From Hydrolagus affinis (taxonomy: Eukaryota), in NCBI GenBank assembly GCA_012026655.1, contig JAAILG010000095.1:62001-126000 (forward strand): 64,000 bases of DNA, given 5' to 3'. Shown piece by piece: positions 11,313-23,165 of the stretch (the first letter of the stretch is position 1; every line of letters starts with the position of its first letter). Under the pieces are notes generated by a model that worked only from the letters and a program-made list of their open reading frames with translations, did not search any database and was not told the origin of the DNA. The position numbers and the translations under genes were made by a program.

Positions 11313-11724
11313 CAGTAAAAACTTGTTTATCCAGCACCCTTGGGACCTGACTGGTGCCGGTTAATTAAATATACCAGATATTCGAGTGGCAAATTGCCGA
11401 AAATCCTACACAAAAAATTAACTTATTTTAAAACATACCATGTTAATAATAGACTAAATAATAACAGAATATTGTATGGATACTTATCAATAAAGCATCC
11501 CAGCACACTCAGTAAAATGATCGGTAAAATAAAAATTCCAGCGTTTGTTAAGTTTAATAAGTGCGCATGCGCACACATTGCACACGTGCAAAGTGAGCAT
11601 ACTCGCGAGTGTCCCGGATGGCTCCGGGTATGAGATCCGTTTGCTGGAATGGTGAATTGTATTGGGAGATACTGGTTAGTTGAGCACTCCGGTTAGTTGG
11701 GTGCTGTACATCAAGCTTTTACTG
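11313..11724. mobile_element. Tc1/mariner MITE (about 410-bp subfamily)
   Basis: TA|CAGTAAAAACTTGTTTATCCAGCACCC ... CAAGCTTTTACTG|TA. It is the reverse complement of 59984-60395. Confidence 0.9.
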
Positions 11725-11739
11725 TACCAGAAAGTAAGA

Positions 11740-11990
11740 GAGTGAAGCTAGAAAATCACAGATGTTAGGAGGCATGAGGGCATGAAAGGATTTCTAGGTA
11801 AGAATGAGAATCTTCAAGTTGATCTGCTGGGAGATCAAGAGACAGTGGAGCAAAGCAAGAAGAGATCTGATGGTTTGCAAAATTTTGTGCAAGGAATTGT
11901 ATGAATGTCAGAATTTCAGATAGGCTGGTGTTTGTGCATATTGGAGCTGGAGAGGCCAGTGAGGTGTAGGTTTGAAAAGTCAGCTCCGGA
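11740..11990 (-). mobile_element. Highly decayed L2 fragment
   Basis: Purine-rich sequence with weak similarity to L2 ORF2 antisense (AGGAATTGTATGAATGTCAGA compared with 54742-54760). Confidence 0.35.
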
Positions 11991-14309
11991 GGTGGCAAAT
12001 ACACGAATGTTTGCTTATGCATGTTAATTGATTTCCTAGTGGGTTCTATACCCACATAATTTAACTATCTGTAATTTGCACTAATTGACCATCATGTCTA
12101 TTGGCTGATGCAGGAAACAGATTTGTCTGAGTTCAAGGAGGTACTCTTCTGAGGTTGGAATTAAAGCAATGCAAGTTGTTCGAATATTTCAGGGAGTGCT
12201 TGCTCTATACCTAATATCTGCTCCATTACTCACTGTGGAAGTGTTTGAGATTAGGTGTCGAAATGGGAACAGTTTCAATTTCCTTGTGCTAACAGTCCTC
12301 ATATTAAAGAGAACAAAATGTGTTTAAAAATCTGATTTATTTAATTTGTTCTATCAGACATGAAGGCCTCATGCAAACATGTGTGTGTGTGTGTATTTGT
12401 GGCTTGCTGGACTATATCTCTCAAGTCAACATATTCTTAAATCCCTGGAGACAACCCCACCCCATTTGGTCAGTGCAGTCCTAACTACACTGAACCAGAA
12501 TGTTTTTTAATTAAAATTTTATTGAGCTTCAGAAGGAAATGAAAAACAAAAAGGTTATGGTTTATTATTTATTAGCAAATGGAATTAAGTCTCAGGGGTC
12601 TTTCTTTCGAACTCCATGCTGCAAGGTATTGAGAACAAAGTTTAATTCATGAAAAAAAAATGCCTCATACTTTCCACCAGAAGATATTCATCAGCAGTGA
12701 AACAAAATACGCATGCGATCTTTCCTGTGTCCCATGCCCAGCATCTGCAAGGTGAGATTCTTTTGTGTAGTTAGGGTAAGCTGCTTGAAATAAATACATG
12801 ACCACTCCCTCTTTCAATGGGATCCATCATCCTCTAGTATCTGAAGACAAGGAAAGTCAATGTTATTGTTAAATCAAGGACTTTTGAGGTGAACATAGTT
12901 ACAGATGACAGCGCCTCACTACAAGTGCTTTGGTCATTTGGTTCCACAGATTGTAGAGACATGATTTAACCTTGTGACAGACCAAAATCAAAATGCTATA
13001 TTGATGAGATGACAATTTTAAATATATACATCATTGACAAATGTAAATGGTTTTAGACATGCAATATGAACATGCCACGTAGTACATTGAGCTTGACCTC
13101 AACACACAGCTGAAAGAGGCATAGTTGTGCTTTTTATAATAGGCAATGAATCTTGCAGAACTAGCACACTGGCATATACACCTTTGTAATTACTTGGAGC
13201 TGTCTTGAATCCTTCAGGGAGCTATTCAGAGAAGACATATCCAAATAGAGAAGAAATACGAAGAGCAGTTAGAGGCACAAAGCTACCAAAAAATGTCTTT
13301 GGTTCTTACGGAAATCTTAGGTGGTAAATCATTGCTGGGTATCTGATATATTTATACCACCTTCAGCTTACAGTAAGATTGATGTGATCTTCAAAGCATG
13401 TTTTAGCAATAACATCTTAAAATTAGTGATATCAAATTGGAAAGTCCATTACAGATGTGTTTGTGTATAATGTTCTTATTCAATTTTCTTAATTTGTAAG
13501 GAAGATGATTATTTTTAATACACTAAAACATCCAAAGCAGATTGTCCAACAGATTGCTATTCTGATGGATTCAGCATTCTCAATCCATTTTCAAGTATAA
13601 CCAGCTTCAGCAAGTTCTAGTGCCAAAATCAATGAACATTACATTTGTGGGATGACAGATAAATTGATAAAAAGGGTATTGCAACACCTGTAATTCCTGT
13701 TGATTCTTTAGCAGGAAAGTGCATGACAGACTCATCTCTCCTACACTCTGCATGAGGAAATGGACATTCAGTCTTATCTTCCAGCACCCCTCATATCTGC
13801 TGTGTCTCTGACCATCAATTTATCTGTAAACCCAGTTAGTTACTCCTTGCTGGAAATGAATACTACTGTTGTTCTATCAATGCTGCTGCCAGAAGCTTCT
13901 AACCATGGAGATAGCCATCAAAAGTGCCACTACAGAGAATCAGTTCCTCGGGATCTTTATGAGAAAAAATACTGTATTACAGAATCAGCTCACTACATTG
14001 TAGTGGAACATCTGATCTATGTATTGCCTAAAAATTAATACAATACACCATGCAGATACTGAAAACATGTTTCTTCCAACAAACCTCCCAAATGTTTCCA
14101 TAAACCTGAACTATTTCCTAGTTAATGGCTTTATAAAATCAATTACAAATGTCTAATTCGGCAATATTTGAACCCATTATTCCATTCCTTCCTTTCGCTT
14201 TGTTAAAGTTTCCTCATACTATGCCCCTTGTGTGATTAAGAGGGAAGCTTTAAGCTAACTCTGCTAAGGCTTTGTTAATACAACTTTTACTAACATAGAA
14301 CTTTTCAAG

Positions 14310-14500
14310 TAGAATAATGCTTTATAGAGTTTGAGTCTGATCTGGGTGGGAGATATGGGGATAGGTAGGAGGTGAGTAAGGCACAGTCAATGAGGATTGT
14401 TTTTAGAAGGGTTTGGAAAGCAGAGGTGAGGGTGTGAGGTAGAGGGATTTATTTGGAAAATTCCAGAGGATGAGGGGAAAGTGGCTAAAGTTCATTCAGT
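14310..14500 (-). mobile_element. Decayed L2 3' UTR
   Basis: GTTTTAGAAGGGTTTGGAAAG..AATTCCAGAGG..GTGGCTAAAG parallels 8930-9035. Confidence 0.55.
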
Positions 14501-17299
14501 AATATTACTTTTTAAAAGCAACCAGAAGGTATGAAAGACCTAGGAGGGGTGATTAACCCTGAGACTTTCCCTCCGCATAGTGAAACACCTGCCTTTTGCA
14601 CAAGAGATCTTAGCAACAGTGAAATAAGATCAGAAACTCACAGGGACTACCTTACACTAATCACTAGACACAACAATCTTTTTGCTATGTCTTTCTTGTG
14701 GGGAATTCAGTATAAATGTGATTTCTCAATATAAAGATGTAGTGTAAAAAAAATGCTATTTTAGTGATCAATGTAGGATGGAACTGAATAGGTAATTGAA
14801 GGCATGATCCTGGAGATGAATATTCAATGACATATCGGGTTAAAGCTTCAATAAAATTTGCCAGGAGTGGTCCATTGTAGTTTTTATTTAATTGCGCAAA
14901 CTTTTTATGATAAATTATATATTTGAATTCTTCAACAGACAAGCGATGTCACTTAATGAAGAGCTGGGATGTGAAGGTAGCTGAGAAGGCAGAGCACCAG
15001 TTTAATTATTAAGTGTTTCCAGAGTCCTGTGATCAGAGTTTCCAGCAGTGGTTGGTATATATCAAAGCAACAGCTTTTACATAGGGAATCCTTTACACTG
15101 GAGACTAAGAGGCAAAATCCTTCAATTCCCCAGATACTAGTTTTAGGCTAGATTTTTAATAATACAGTTTAAATTCAACCTGGGTTTTAACAGAGCTTCT
15201 CAGTTTTTTTATTTAAAATTTCAGATTGACACCTCCAGAATGAGAATTTTCTTGCAATCCCAGATGGTACAATGGGGGTGAGGTAACATTGGTTTAATAG
15301 CACTAATTGACAGTTGTGCCCTTCACTCACATTTGGATATCTTGATATTCCTGGCTGTGAGATATCATCAGATGATTTTAAATCTCTGCTCCAAAATCAT
15401 CCAGCCCCCACATAAACAGATCACATTTTACATTTAAAAATATATAATTTGCTCTTCAACTTTTGTGGGGAAACGAAAGAGGGTGTGTGTGTATGTTGTT
15501 AGGGGCGGGGATGTATGAATCTTCTGTAGTTCACTCAATATTACATTTTTCATGTCTCATTGTTTTGAAATAAAAAAAATTTAGCAACCAAAAAGCAATC
15601 TTATTGGTTTGTTATTTGTCTGTAACGTTAGAAAGGTTTGATGCTGATCTAGCAATGAAAATAAGAAATAATATGAACACCTTTTTAGGAGGAAACTGTG
15701 GTCAAAGTTTTGACTTTGCCTCCCGTCTTGGCTATTCATTTCATAGCACACCACACTTCAACTGACGTGATGATGGGGTGGCTCTCATCTCCAAAACTTC
15801 CCTTGGTCTATCCCCTTATTCCTCTGGCTGTTTCTCCTCCTTTGAGCACCTCACCCATTACCATCCTCACTCTCTCTCCCTCAAAATACTCCTAGTTTAA
15901 GTACTTTAAGTACTTTAGTCTCTATCATCCTAAGGATCAATAGGGCAAGATACTCCGGTGCCACCGAGCCTACAGAAACCTTTTGGGTTCTTAGCCAAGT
16001 ACTGCTAGTGGTAATCTTCATCGTAATAGAAGTCACAAGCCTCCGGGATTTCAGATATGATTTCACCATGAAAACATGAATCCAATTCCTTCTGATAGGC
16101 CTGTTACAGAAATAACTGGAATATAGTAGTGCTACTCAATCCCATCACCCTTGTTTTCCACCCATGTGAAATTCAGAAACAGTACCTCCTCCCCTATTCT
16201 CTCGCCTCCTCTCTTTAAGGCACAAGTCCAAGGATGCTTTGCAGCCTCTAGTCCTTCCTCCAATTCATCATTCTTCCCAAGTGTGCCTGAACAGCCATTG
16301 CTGGTAAGCTATTTGAGCACAGGGTCATCAAACTTAATCCCTGATCATGTTTTAAACTGAAAACGACACAGATATAGTAATCTAATGGGAGACAACTTGC
16401 CTTGTCATTCCTCCTCAGCCCAAGGATGCTGATGCCATTTATAGCACCCTTATTGGCACTCAAGGTTAAGTGTAATCCAGGGTTTGAACCTTGGATTTTA
16501 TGGATCACTAGAGAGAGAAACAATTATCAGTTATCTATATCTGCATATATCTCATTACTACATACATCTTTCTACCTTCCCTGGAATTATACCTGTATAC
16601 CAAGTATGTATTAGTTGTCTTTGATCAGTTAATATTTTGCACAATTTGCTAATATTTAACATACATTCCTCATACTGACCAGATTTGCATCTTCTCCAAT
16701 ATTTATTGTCAGCTTGGCTCAGTTGTTAACATTCTTGCATCAAAAGGTTGTAGGTCCAAAGCCCCACATCAGCACTTTGTACTCACACAATCTGCTATAG
16801 CTGCTGCATTCTTCTACAAAATACACAGTTGCAACATATTACAATAAATCCCGTAAAGCACATTGAGACTTCCTCTTGACATAAAAGATGCTTATACGAA
16901 CTGCAAGAATATTTTTCATTACATGAAATGCATCTATACCAAATGCAAAAATTATTATTATTGTTGCCCATATTCCTTTAGAACATGCCCTGCGTTGGGT
17001 TTTAGGCAGGTCACGTTTCATTGATTTTACAGTGCGGTACTGTCCTGGCAGAACATTAGGTCTTGTTTCTGTTCAAGAGGATATTAAAGATTCAAATAGT
17101 GAAGGGAGTTTCTCTTAGTTTCCTGCCCATCAATTGTCCATATAAATTGGCCATTCATCATCTGACTTATTAATGGGACCTTCATTTTGGCAAAAAAAAC
17201 ATTCACTGCACTTGACAGTGATGATCTATGAAACACTTTGAGATGCTTTTGTTGTTGTTTTGATGTGGTAAGACACTGTAAACAAACAAATTCTTCCTC

Positions 17300-17450
17300 A
17301 ATAATACTTTCATGTGATATAGTGCCTTATCATGTCTTCACAGAATATACTTTAAAGTGAATTGACTATGTTTTGGGGACAAAATGCAGCAGACAACTGC
17401 ACACAGCAGTATCCCACAAACAGTCATGGGTTGAGTGACCAAATTATTTT
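17300..17450 (-). mobile_element. SINE family A (core and tail)
   Basis: CTTCACAGAATATACTTTAAAGTGAATTGAC..CACAGCAGTATCCCACAAACAG. A decayed + strand DeuSINE lies just upstream (about 16708-16780 head, about 17070-17290 body). Confidence 0.75.
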
Positions 17451-18449
17451 TTTTTAAAAGAGATTTTATTATTTAATGTACAACTTTTTAGTAAATCACA
17501 AAATAACAATTGAATTACTGAATGACCTCAACTTTGGTTACCTGCCAGTTTGCTCTTTCACAAGTGATTTGGTGCCAAATAACTGCTCCATATTTTGCGT
17601 GAACAGGAATTGTTCATTTTGCAACCCGTGATTCACGTTAATCCAGAAGTGCAACCTCTGCTCTGTAGATGGAAATGATGGCCTTAATTTATTTAATCTC
17701 TGTATCCATTAGTACTGATCCAATAAGTTTGAAAATGTGAATTAGTTAGTGTGTCAGAATTCACGATAATCAACCAGATCGTGTATAACAATTTTCTAAA
17801 GGATTCCATCCTGCAATCTAGTCTTGGTGACACATACGGTATAATGCATTTTAAGACAATTTATTTTTCAGATTCAAATCTGTGTGGAAAACAGACCCAG
17901 TCAATGGAAGAGATCATCACATAAAAGAAAACCATCAAAATCCATTTTCTATTATAGTGTGATGATGGAAGATTATTATGTAAATGAGACTTTGAATTGT
18001 TCTGTGAAACCTGGGAATATGCTTATCCATGTTTCATATAGAACATATTAGTCTCCTCATGCATGTACATCTGACCAAGCTCACAGAAGACAATGTGTTT
18101 AAAGAATCAGATTGTACTGATAATGAGATGTGCCCTATTTTGCTGACCTACATAAGGTACTGTTTAGAACTACAGTGTTAGAGACCTGCACAATGTTCAC
18201 ATATCCTTAACAAAATGCTTGCTAAATTCTGAACCAACTTTTATTGCTTCTGAGCCTTCCCCTGTGATTTGATATAGTAAGGACAATTAACATTGTCTTA
18301 ATGTTTAGGGTTGTGCGGAATTTTATAACATTTTTAATTGGAGTCTTAACAAGAAAACTGATTTTCTACCTTTCTTAAAAAGAATTGAATATGGCTTGCC
18401 AATCAAGACTGAATTAAATTTTTTCCAAAATGTTGCCCAAACTATATAA

Positions 18450-18625
18450 AATTGGTCCTTCATTCTGTGACTGTTTATGGACTATAACTGTGTGCAAATT
18501 GGCTGCTGATTCTGCCTACAAAGTACACAGTCACAGAAATTTACAGTAACATCCTTTGTGAAGTGCTTTGAGATGAACTCCTGATGTGGAAGGTGCTATA
18601 TATATCAAATGTCGGAATTATTATT
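18450..18625 (+). mobile_element. DeuSINE 3' half
   Basis: CTGTGTGCAAATTGGCTGCT..GTGAAGTGCTTTGAGA..AAGGTGCTATA. Confidence 0.7.
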
Positions 18626-18944
18626 ATAACATTTTGAAAGGAATATGAAAAAGAAATTGTACTTAATAATATAAGTGGTAACAAGACTCGAGCAAGTGAA
18701 AATAAAAAGCTGTGTAAAATCTAGTCGGTACCCGAAACTACTGTATATAGAATTAATGCCATGAGAGAATATATGACTCCCTTCCATCAAGAATATGTTG
18801 ATGGTGTCAGCGGTCGCATCTCTCTTCTACTGGTGAGCACAATCTCTCTCAGACAAGGCTTGCCCATCTCTATACATACATAACATCATAAGAAAAACAC
18901 CTAACTGAAATTACTCATCCCATAATCTATCATGCGTGCAGGTC

Positions 18945-19362
18945 ACAAGATCACAAAACTGGTCCGGATAAAGAAGGTCCTTTGGTCCATCCAATTTCAT
19001 TCCTCCAGAACACCATCCTACTTCCCCTTAACCCACCCATCCCCACCCCCCAATCAGCACCCACCACCACTGCATCAAGGTGCTGTTTATATGACACCAG
19101 AGTTCTAGCCTCTACAACCTTTTCTGCAACCTGATCCAATCATTGATTACCCTCTTCATGAATAAATACTTCTTGGTTTCTGCCTGAAGTTGCAATATCG
19201 TCCAGCATCCTGTTTCCTTTCTTTATTACTACCTCATTGTTTGACATAGTGACCTGCGAGTCAACTAACACCCCTAACTCCTCCTTGACAAGCTCAATTC
19301 CAACCATGGAGCATTTGTGGTTCCTATTCTTGGATTCTATATGTAGCACCTTGCATTTATCA
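18945..19362 (-). mobile_element. CR1 LINE fragments (3' end plus internal ORF2 piece)
   Basis: The antisense encodes DKCKVLHI..N..Y..ELGVLVDS and KVVEARTLVSYKQHLD, followed by a CR1-type 3' UTR. Confidence 0.8.
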
Positions 19363-19364
19363 GT

Positions 19365-19560
19365 ATAATAATAATAATCCTTGCATTTGAAATAGCGCTT
19401 TTCACATCTTCTAGACGTCTCAAAACGCTTCACAGTATATATTGCAGAGAATTGACTGCATGTTTGTGGGCAAAACATGGCAGTCAATTGCGCATAGCAG
19501 TGTCCCATTAACAGCCATGTACTGAGTGACCACATTTTGTTTTGTGTGAGGGATTATTAT
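19365..19560 (-). mobile_element. SINE family A (core and tail)
   Basis: ATAATAATAATCCTTGCATTTGAAATAGCGCTTTTCAC..GCAGTCAATTGCGCATAGCAGTGTCCC. Confidence 0.85.
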
Positions 19561-19670
19561 CTGGCAAATTAAGTATTAAACTTCATTTGCTAGTTATCGG
19601 CCAATGTGCTTGGCCTATCAAGTTCCCTTTGTAGGACTTTTGCTGCCTCTTCTGATTCCATGCCGCCCCA

Positions 19671-19775
19671 CCCTTGTAAAAAAAAGTACCATGGTTATGG
19701 TAGTAGTACCATGGTACAATAACCATGGTACTACCATGGTACTAACACCATTACCATGGTACTTTTTTACAAGGG
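19671..19775. mobile_element. 105-bp palindromic MITE-like element
   Basis: CCCTTGT(A8)GTACCATGGT ... ACCATGGTAC(T6)ACAAGGG, with five CCATGG units. Confidence 0.8.
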
Positions 19776-20793
19776 GAACCCTCCACCCTATTGGTGTTAT
19801 CTGCACAGTGTAATTATTTTACACTGGTTCTGTGAATCCTGGCCATTAACATATGCAAGAAACATCTCAGTAAAGCATATTTGCAGTATTTGGGCATATA
19901 CTTGTCCTACATGTGTTACGTAATGTTGTTTTGGAATATCCATTTATCCTCAACAGATTGTCCTTGAGTAATGCTTCCCAATTTATTTCCCTAAACTCAG
20001 CCCTCACACCCCTGAGGTTTGCTTGCCTGAAGTTATACTCTGGAGTTTGGTTACATGGCAGTGTTGTTTCTCAATTTTAAAGATTATTGAGCTGTAGTCA
20101 TTATCCCACATTGGATCAACTACTGCCACCTTCTAAATTGTGTCTGGGTCACAGATTAGAACAAAGTCAAGTAGAGATATACCCCTTTCAGACTCCCTGA
20201 CACCCAGTCATAAAGCAGTCATACACTCTATTAACAAGCTCAGTCTTTCACACTTTTCAATTTATATTGGGTTAATTGAAGTCCCCCATCAGTCCTACCT
20301 TCTTCTTCTCACACATAGTCATAATATTATCATACACTGGCAAGTTGTTTTCCCCTGCTTTGACCTGGTAGTCTATAGCAATCCCTAAATGTTAGTGTAT
20401 GTTATCTCTCAATATGAGTTATTAATAAACCCGAGAGACCAATTTCCATATTTGCAAATGACAAACAGGGCTATGGAAATATTTTGCTTAAATGGAATCC
20501 ATGTACTTTTCAGCTTGGTTGCATGCTACCATTATCAAGAAATTGAAGATTATTCCTTGTTCCCTAAATAAGTAATAGAATCTGTTTAGTAAATCCACAG
20601 TTTTGACCCAATCTTCCACGTCAATCAGGAATGCTGTGGAGTTGGGAGAAATCAAAGTGTAAAGACCTGCACCATAAAATTTCATTTTCTCTATTATAAA
20701 CTCATTGACCTTTTTGCCCTGAAAGAAGATTTAGTTACACTACGCATCCATTACCAAGAAGGTAACTCTTGAGCCAGTTCAACCCCAAGGAAA

Positions 20794-20929
20794 GTTCTGA
20801 CGAAACGTTGTAGACCCAAAACGTTGACTCCTTTTCCTTTCTCCATGGATGTTGACTGACCTGCTGAGTTTCCCCAGCAACTTCTGATTTTGCTTCAAAT
20901 TCCCAGCATCTGTAGTATTTTGTGTTTTG
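20794..20929 (+). mobile_element. Short Penelope-like (pLTR-derived) insert with 15-bp TSD
   Basis: Flanked by TCAACCCCAAGGAAA (20779-20793 and 20930-20944). The body TTCTCCATGGATGTTGACTGACCTGCTGAG..CCAGCATCTGTAG resembles an abundant chondrichthyan repeat. Confidence 0.75.
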
Positions 20930-21149
20930 TCAACCCCAAGGAAACCCTATTTAGCTTCCTCCTGACCCCTGACTGTTCAGCACATTGGGGACGTTCTCCC
21001 AACATGAAAGGTCCTCTACAAATGTAATTTTGTTGTTTTTGTTTCCCCCATCTCCACAACATTGCCCACCTTCACCACTACCTCTCCCATCAGGCCACCA
21101 AAACCCCTATCCATGGGTTTATTACATACAAGCTTATATACACCAACTA

Positions 21150-22050
21150 TCTGCTCACTGGACATTGAGCCCTTCTTTTCACAAGATGCAGCCCATTCAA
21201 AACTCTGCAGCTCATGTACTCTCCCACACCAGGCTCCACAAGTTATCAACACCCCCACCCGCCCCAACATGTTTTGGTCTCCTTATTTAAGAAAGGATTT
21301 ACTTTCCTTGGAGGGAGTGCAGCGTAGGTTTACTAGGTTAGTACCTGTAATGAGCGGAATGAGTTATGACAATAACTTTATTAATTTGGGCCTATATCTC
21401 TGGAATATAGAAGAATTAGAGGGATTTTATAGAAACCTATAAGATTATTAAGGGGCACAACAAAGTAGATAGTGGGAGATTGTTTCCCCTGATTGGAGAA
21501 ACTAAAACCAGGGGTCACAGTCTTAAAGTTAGGGGTCAGCCCTTTCACACTGAGTTGAGAAAAAACTTCTTCACTCAGAGGGTGGTGAATCTATGGAATT
21601 CTTTACCCCAAGGGGCTGTTGATGCTCAGTCCTTGAACATATTCAAGACTGAGTTAGATAGATTTCTCATTTATAAAGGGATTAAGGGGTATGGGGATAA
21701 GGCAGGTAGCTGGAGTTAGAGTAGAATATCAGCCATGATTGAATGGTGGGGCAGGCTCGATGGGCCGAATGGCCTACTCCTGCTCCTATTTCTTATGTTT
21801 TTATGTAACATCATTGCCCAGCTTCACTGGTTCCATATACTCCAATGGATCACGTTCAAGATTCTTGTCCTCAATTTTAAATCTTTCCATGGTTTAACCT
21901 CATCCTACCTCTGTGACTTTCTCAAACTTTACCAAACTACCCTCTACTTGGATTGCACTGGCTTGCTTCATGTCCAAAGCGCTGGCCACAATATCAGTGT
22001 TGGACTTTCAGCCTTTCTGCCACTATTCCCATCCTGGAATCCCCTTGCCT
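21150..22050 (+). mobile_element. Decayed L2 3' region split by a CR1 insertion
   Basis: IQNSAAHVLSHT lies before 21270; IIAQLHWFHILQWITFKILVL follows 21807. Confidence 0.75.
21271..21806 (+). mobile_element. 5'-truncated CR1 LINE 3' end
   Basis: FWSPYLRKD..LEGVQRRFTRLVP and TRGHSLK..RKNFFTQRVVNLWNSLP..FKTELDRFL, followed by the 3' UTR GATGGGCCGAATGGCCTACTCCTGCTCC and (TCTTATGT)n. A possible TSD is AACAT. Confidence 0.95.
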
Positions 22051-22104
22051 GTCCTACCATTGATGGCCAGGCTTTCAGCCTCTCTGAGACAATCCCTTCA
22101 CCTT

Positions 22105-23165
22105 GCTCTCTCTCACTCTAGAGGGATAAATCCTGCTTACCTAATTCCAGAAAGTAATAGATGCAGGTTGGCTAGAGCCAATGGTTGGAGACCCCAGAGT
22201 GTGTGTTGAGTTTACTGCTGTAGTCTAACCAGCTAAAACTTGACACCTTGCCATTCAAAGTACTGCCTGACAAGCTTTCATAGAATCTTACTGCACAAAA
22301 GGAGGCCATTTGGCCCATCGAGTCTGTGCCAGCTCTTTGAAAAGAGCAATTCAATCCCACTCCTCAGCTCTCTCCCCATAACCACGCATTCCCTTCCTCC
22401 TCAAATAAATATCTACCTCTCTTTTAAAAGCTATTATCGAATTGGCTTCCACCACCTTTTCAGGCAATGCATTCCAGATTCGAACAACTCACTTTCCTGC
22501 TGTTTGGACCACTTGCTGAGTGGGAAGAGTCCCTATCCCCAATAACTGGTCTGCTCTTCTAATTCCAGCTGATGAGTCAGGTTGACTGTCCTGTCAACGA
22601 CAGCATCCTGGAATACTCTGGATCCACCTGCTCAGGAATTGGACCACCAAGAGCATCACAGATGGTTGGTTCGATTCCAGCACCCTATTGCCAAGCATGT
22701 CACCTTGGAGCCAGTTCAGCTACAACTTGACCACACATACTTTCCAAGGAGGATAGTCATTAGTTGGTCATTTGACATCTGACAAGCACAGGTTTGAGCC
22801 CTCACAGCCCTCACTTTCTAGTGGGCAACACAGTTCAGCATGAAATGTGTGGGAGCAGCCACCGTCTTTCTGGCCGCAGCTTGGACGTACATTCCTTTCC
22901 ATTGAGAGATGGTTCCACCAGTTGGAGGTGCGGAGCTTAACTAGCAGCTCTTTCAGGAAGCCAATCAAAGTGGATTCCAAGCATTCAATGTAAGAGGTGT
23001 ATTCATGAACGCAGACTCCAGGTAACTCTTTCCAGCGGCTGTCACCCTTCAGCGAGGTGGGCAGATCTTTAAAGGACAGCTTGTGATGTGCTGGTTACCT
23101 GGATCTTCTCAAGGTCCAAATCCAAAACCGCTTACCAGGCTTACTCAGCACCAGCTGCTTAAGCC
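22105..23165. mobile_element. Unclassified repeat family X, copy 2 (interrupted by CR1)
   Basis: Similar to 6165-6790 and to 11275-11310/11727-11740. The right boundary is estimated from base composition. Confidence 0.65.
22279..22491 (-). mobile_element. CR1 3' end
   Basis: CATAGAATC..GGAGGCCATTTGGCCCATCGAGTCTGTGCCAGCTC..CAGGCAATGCATTCCAGA. Confidence 0.85.
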
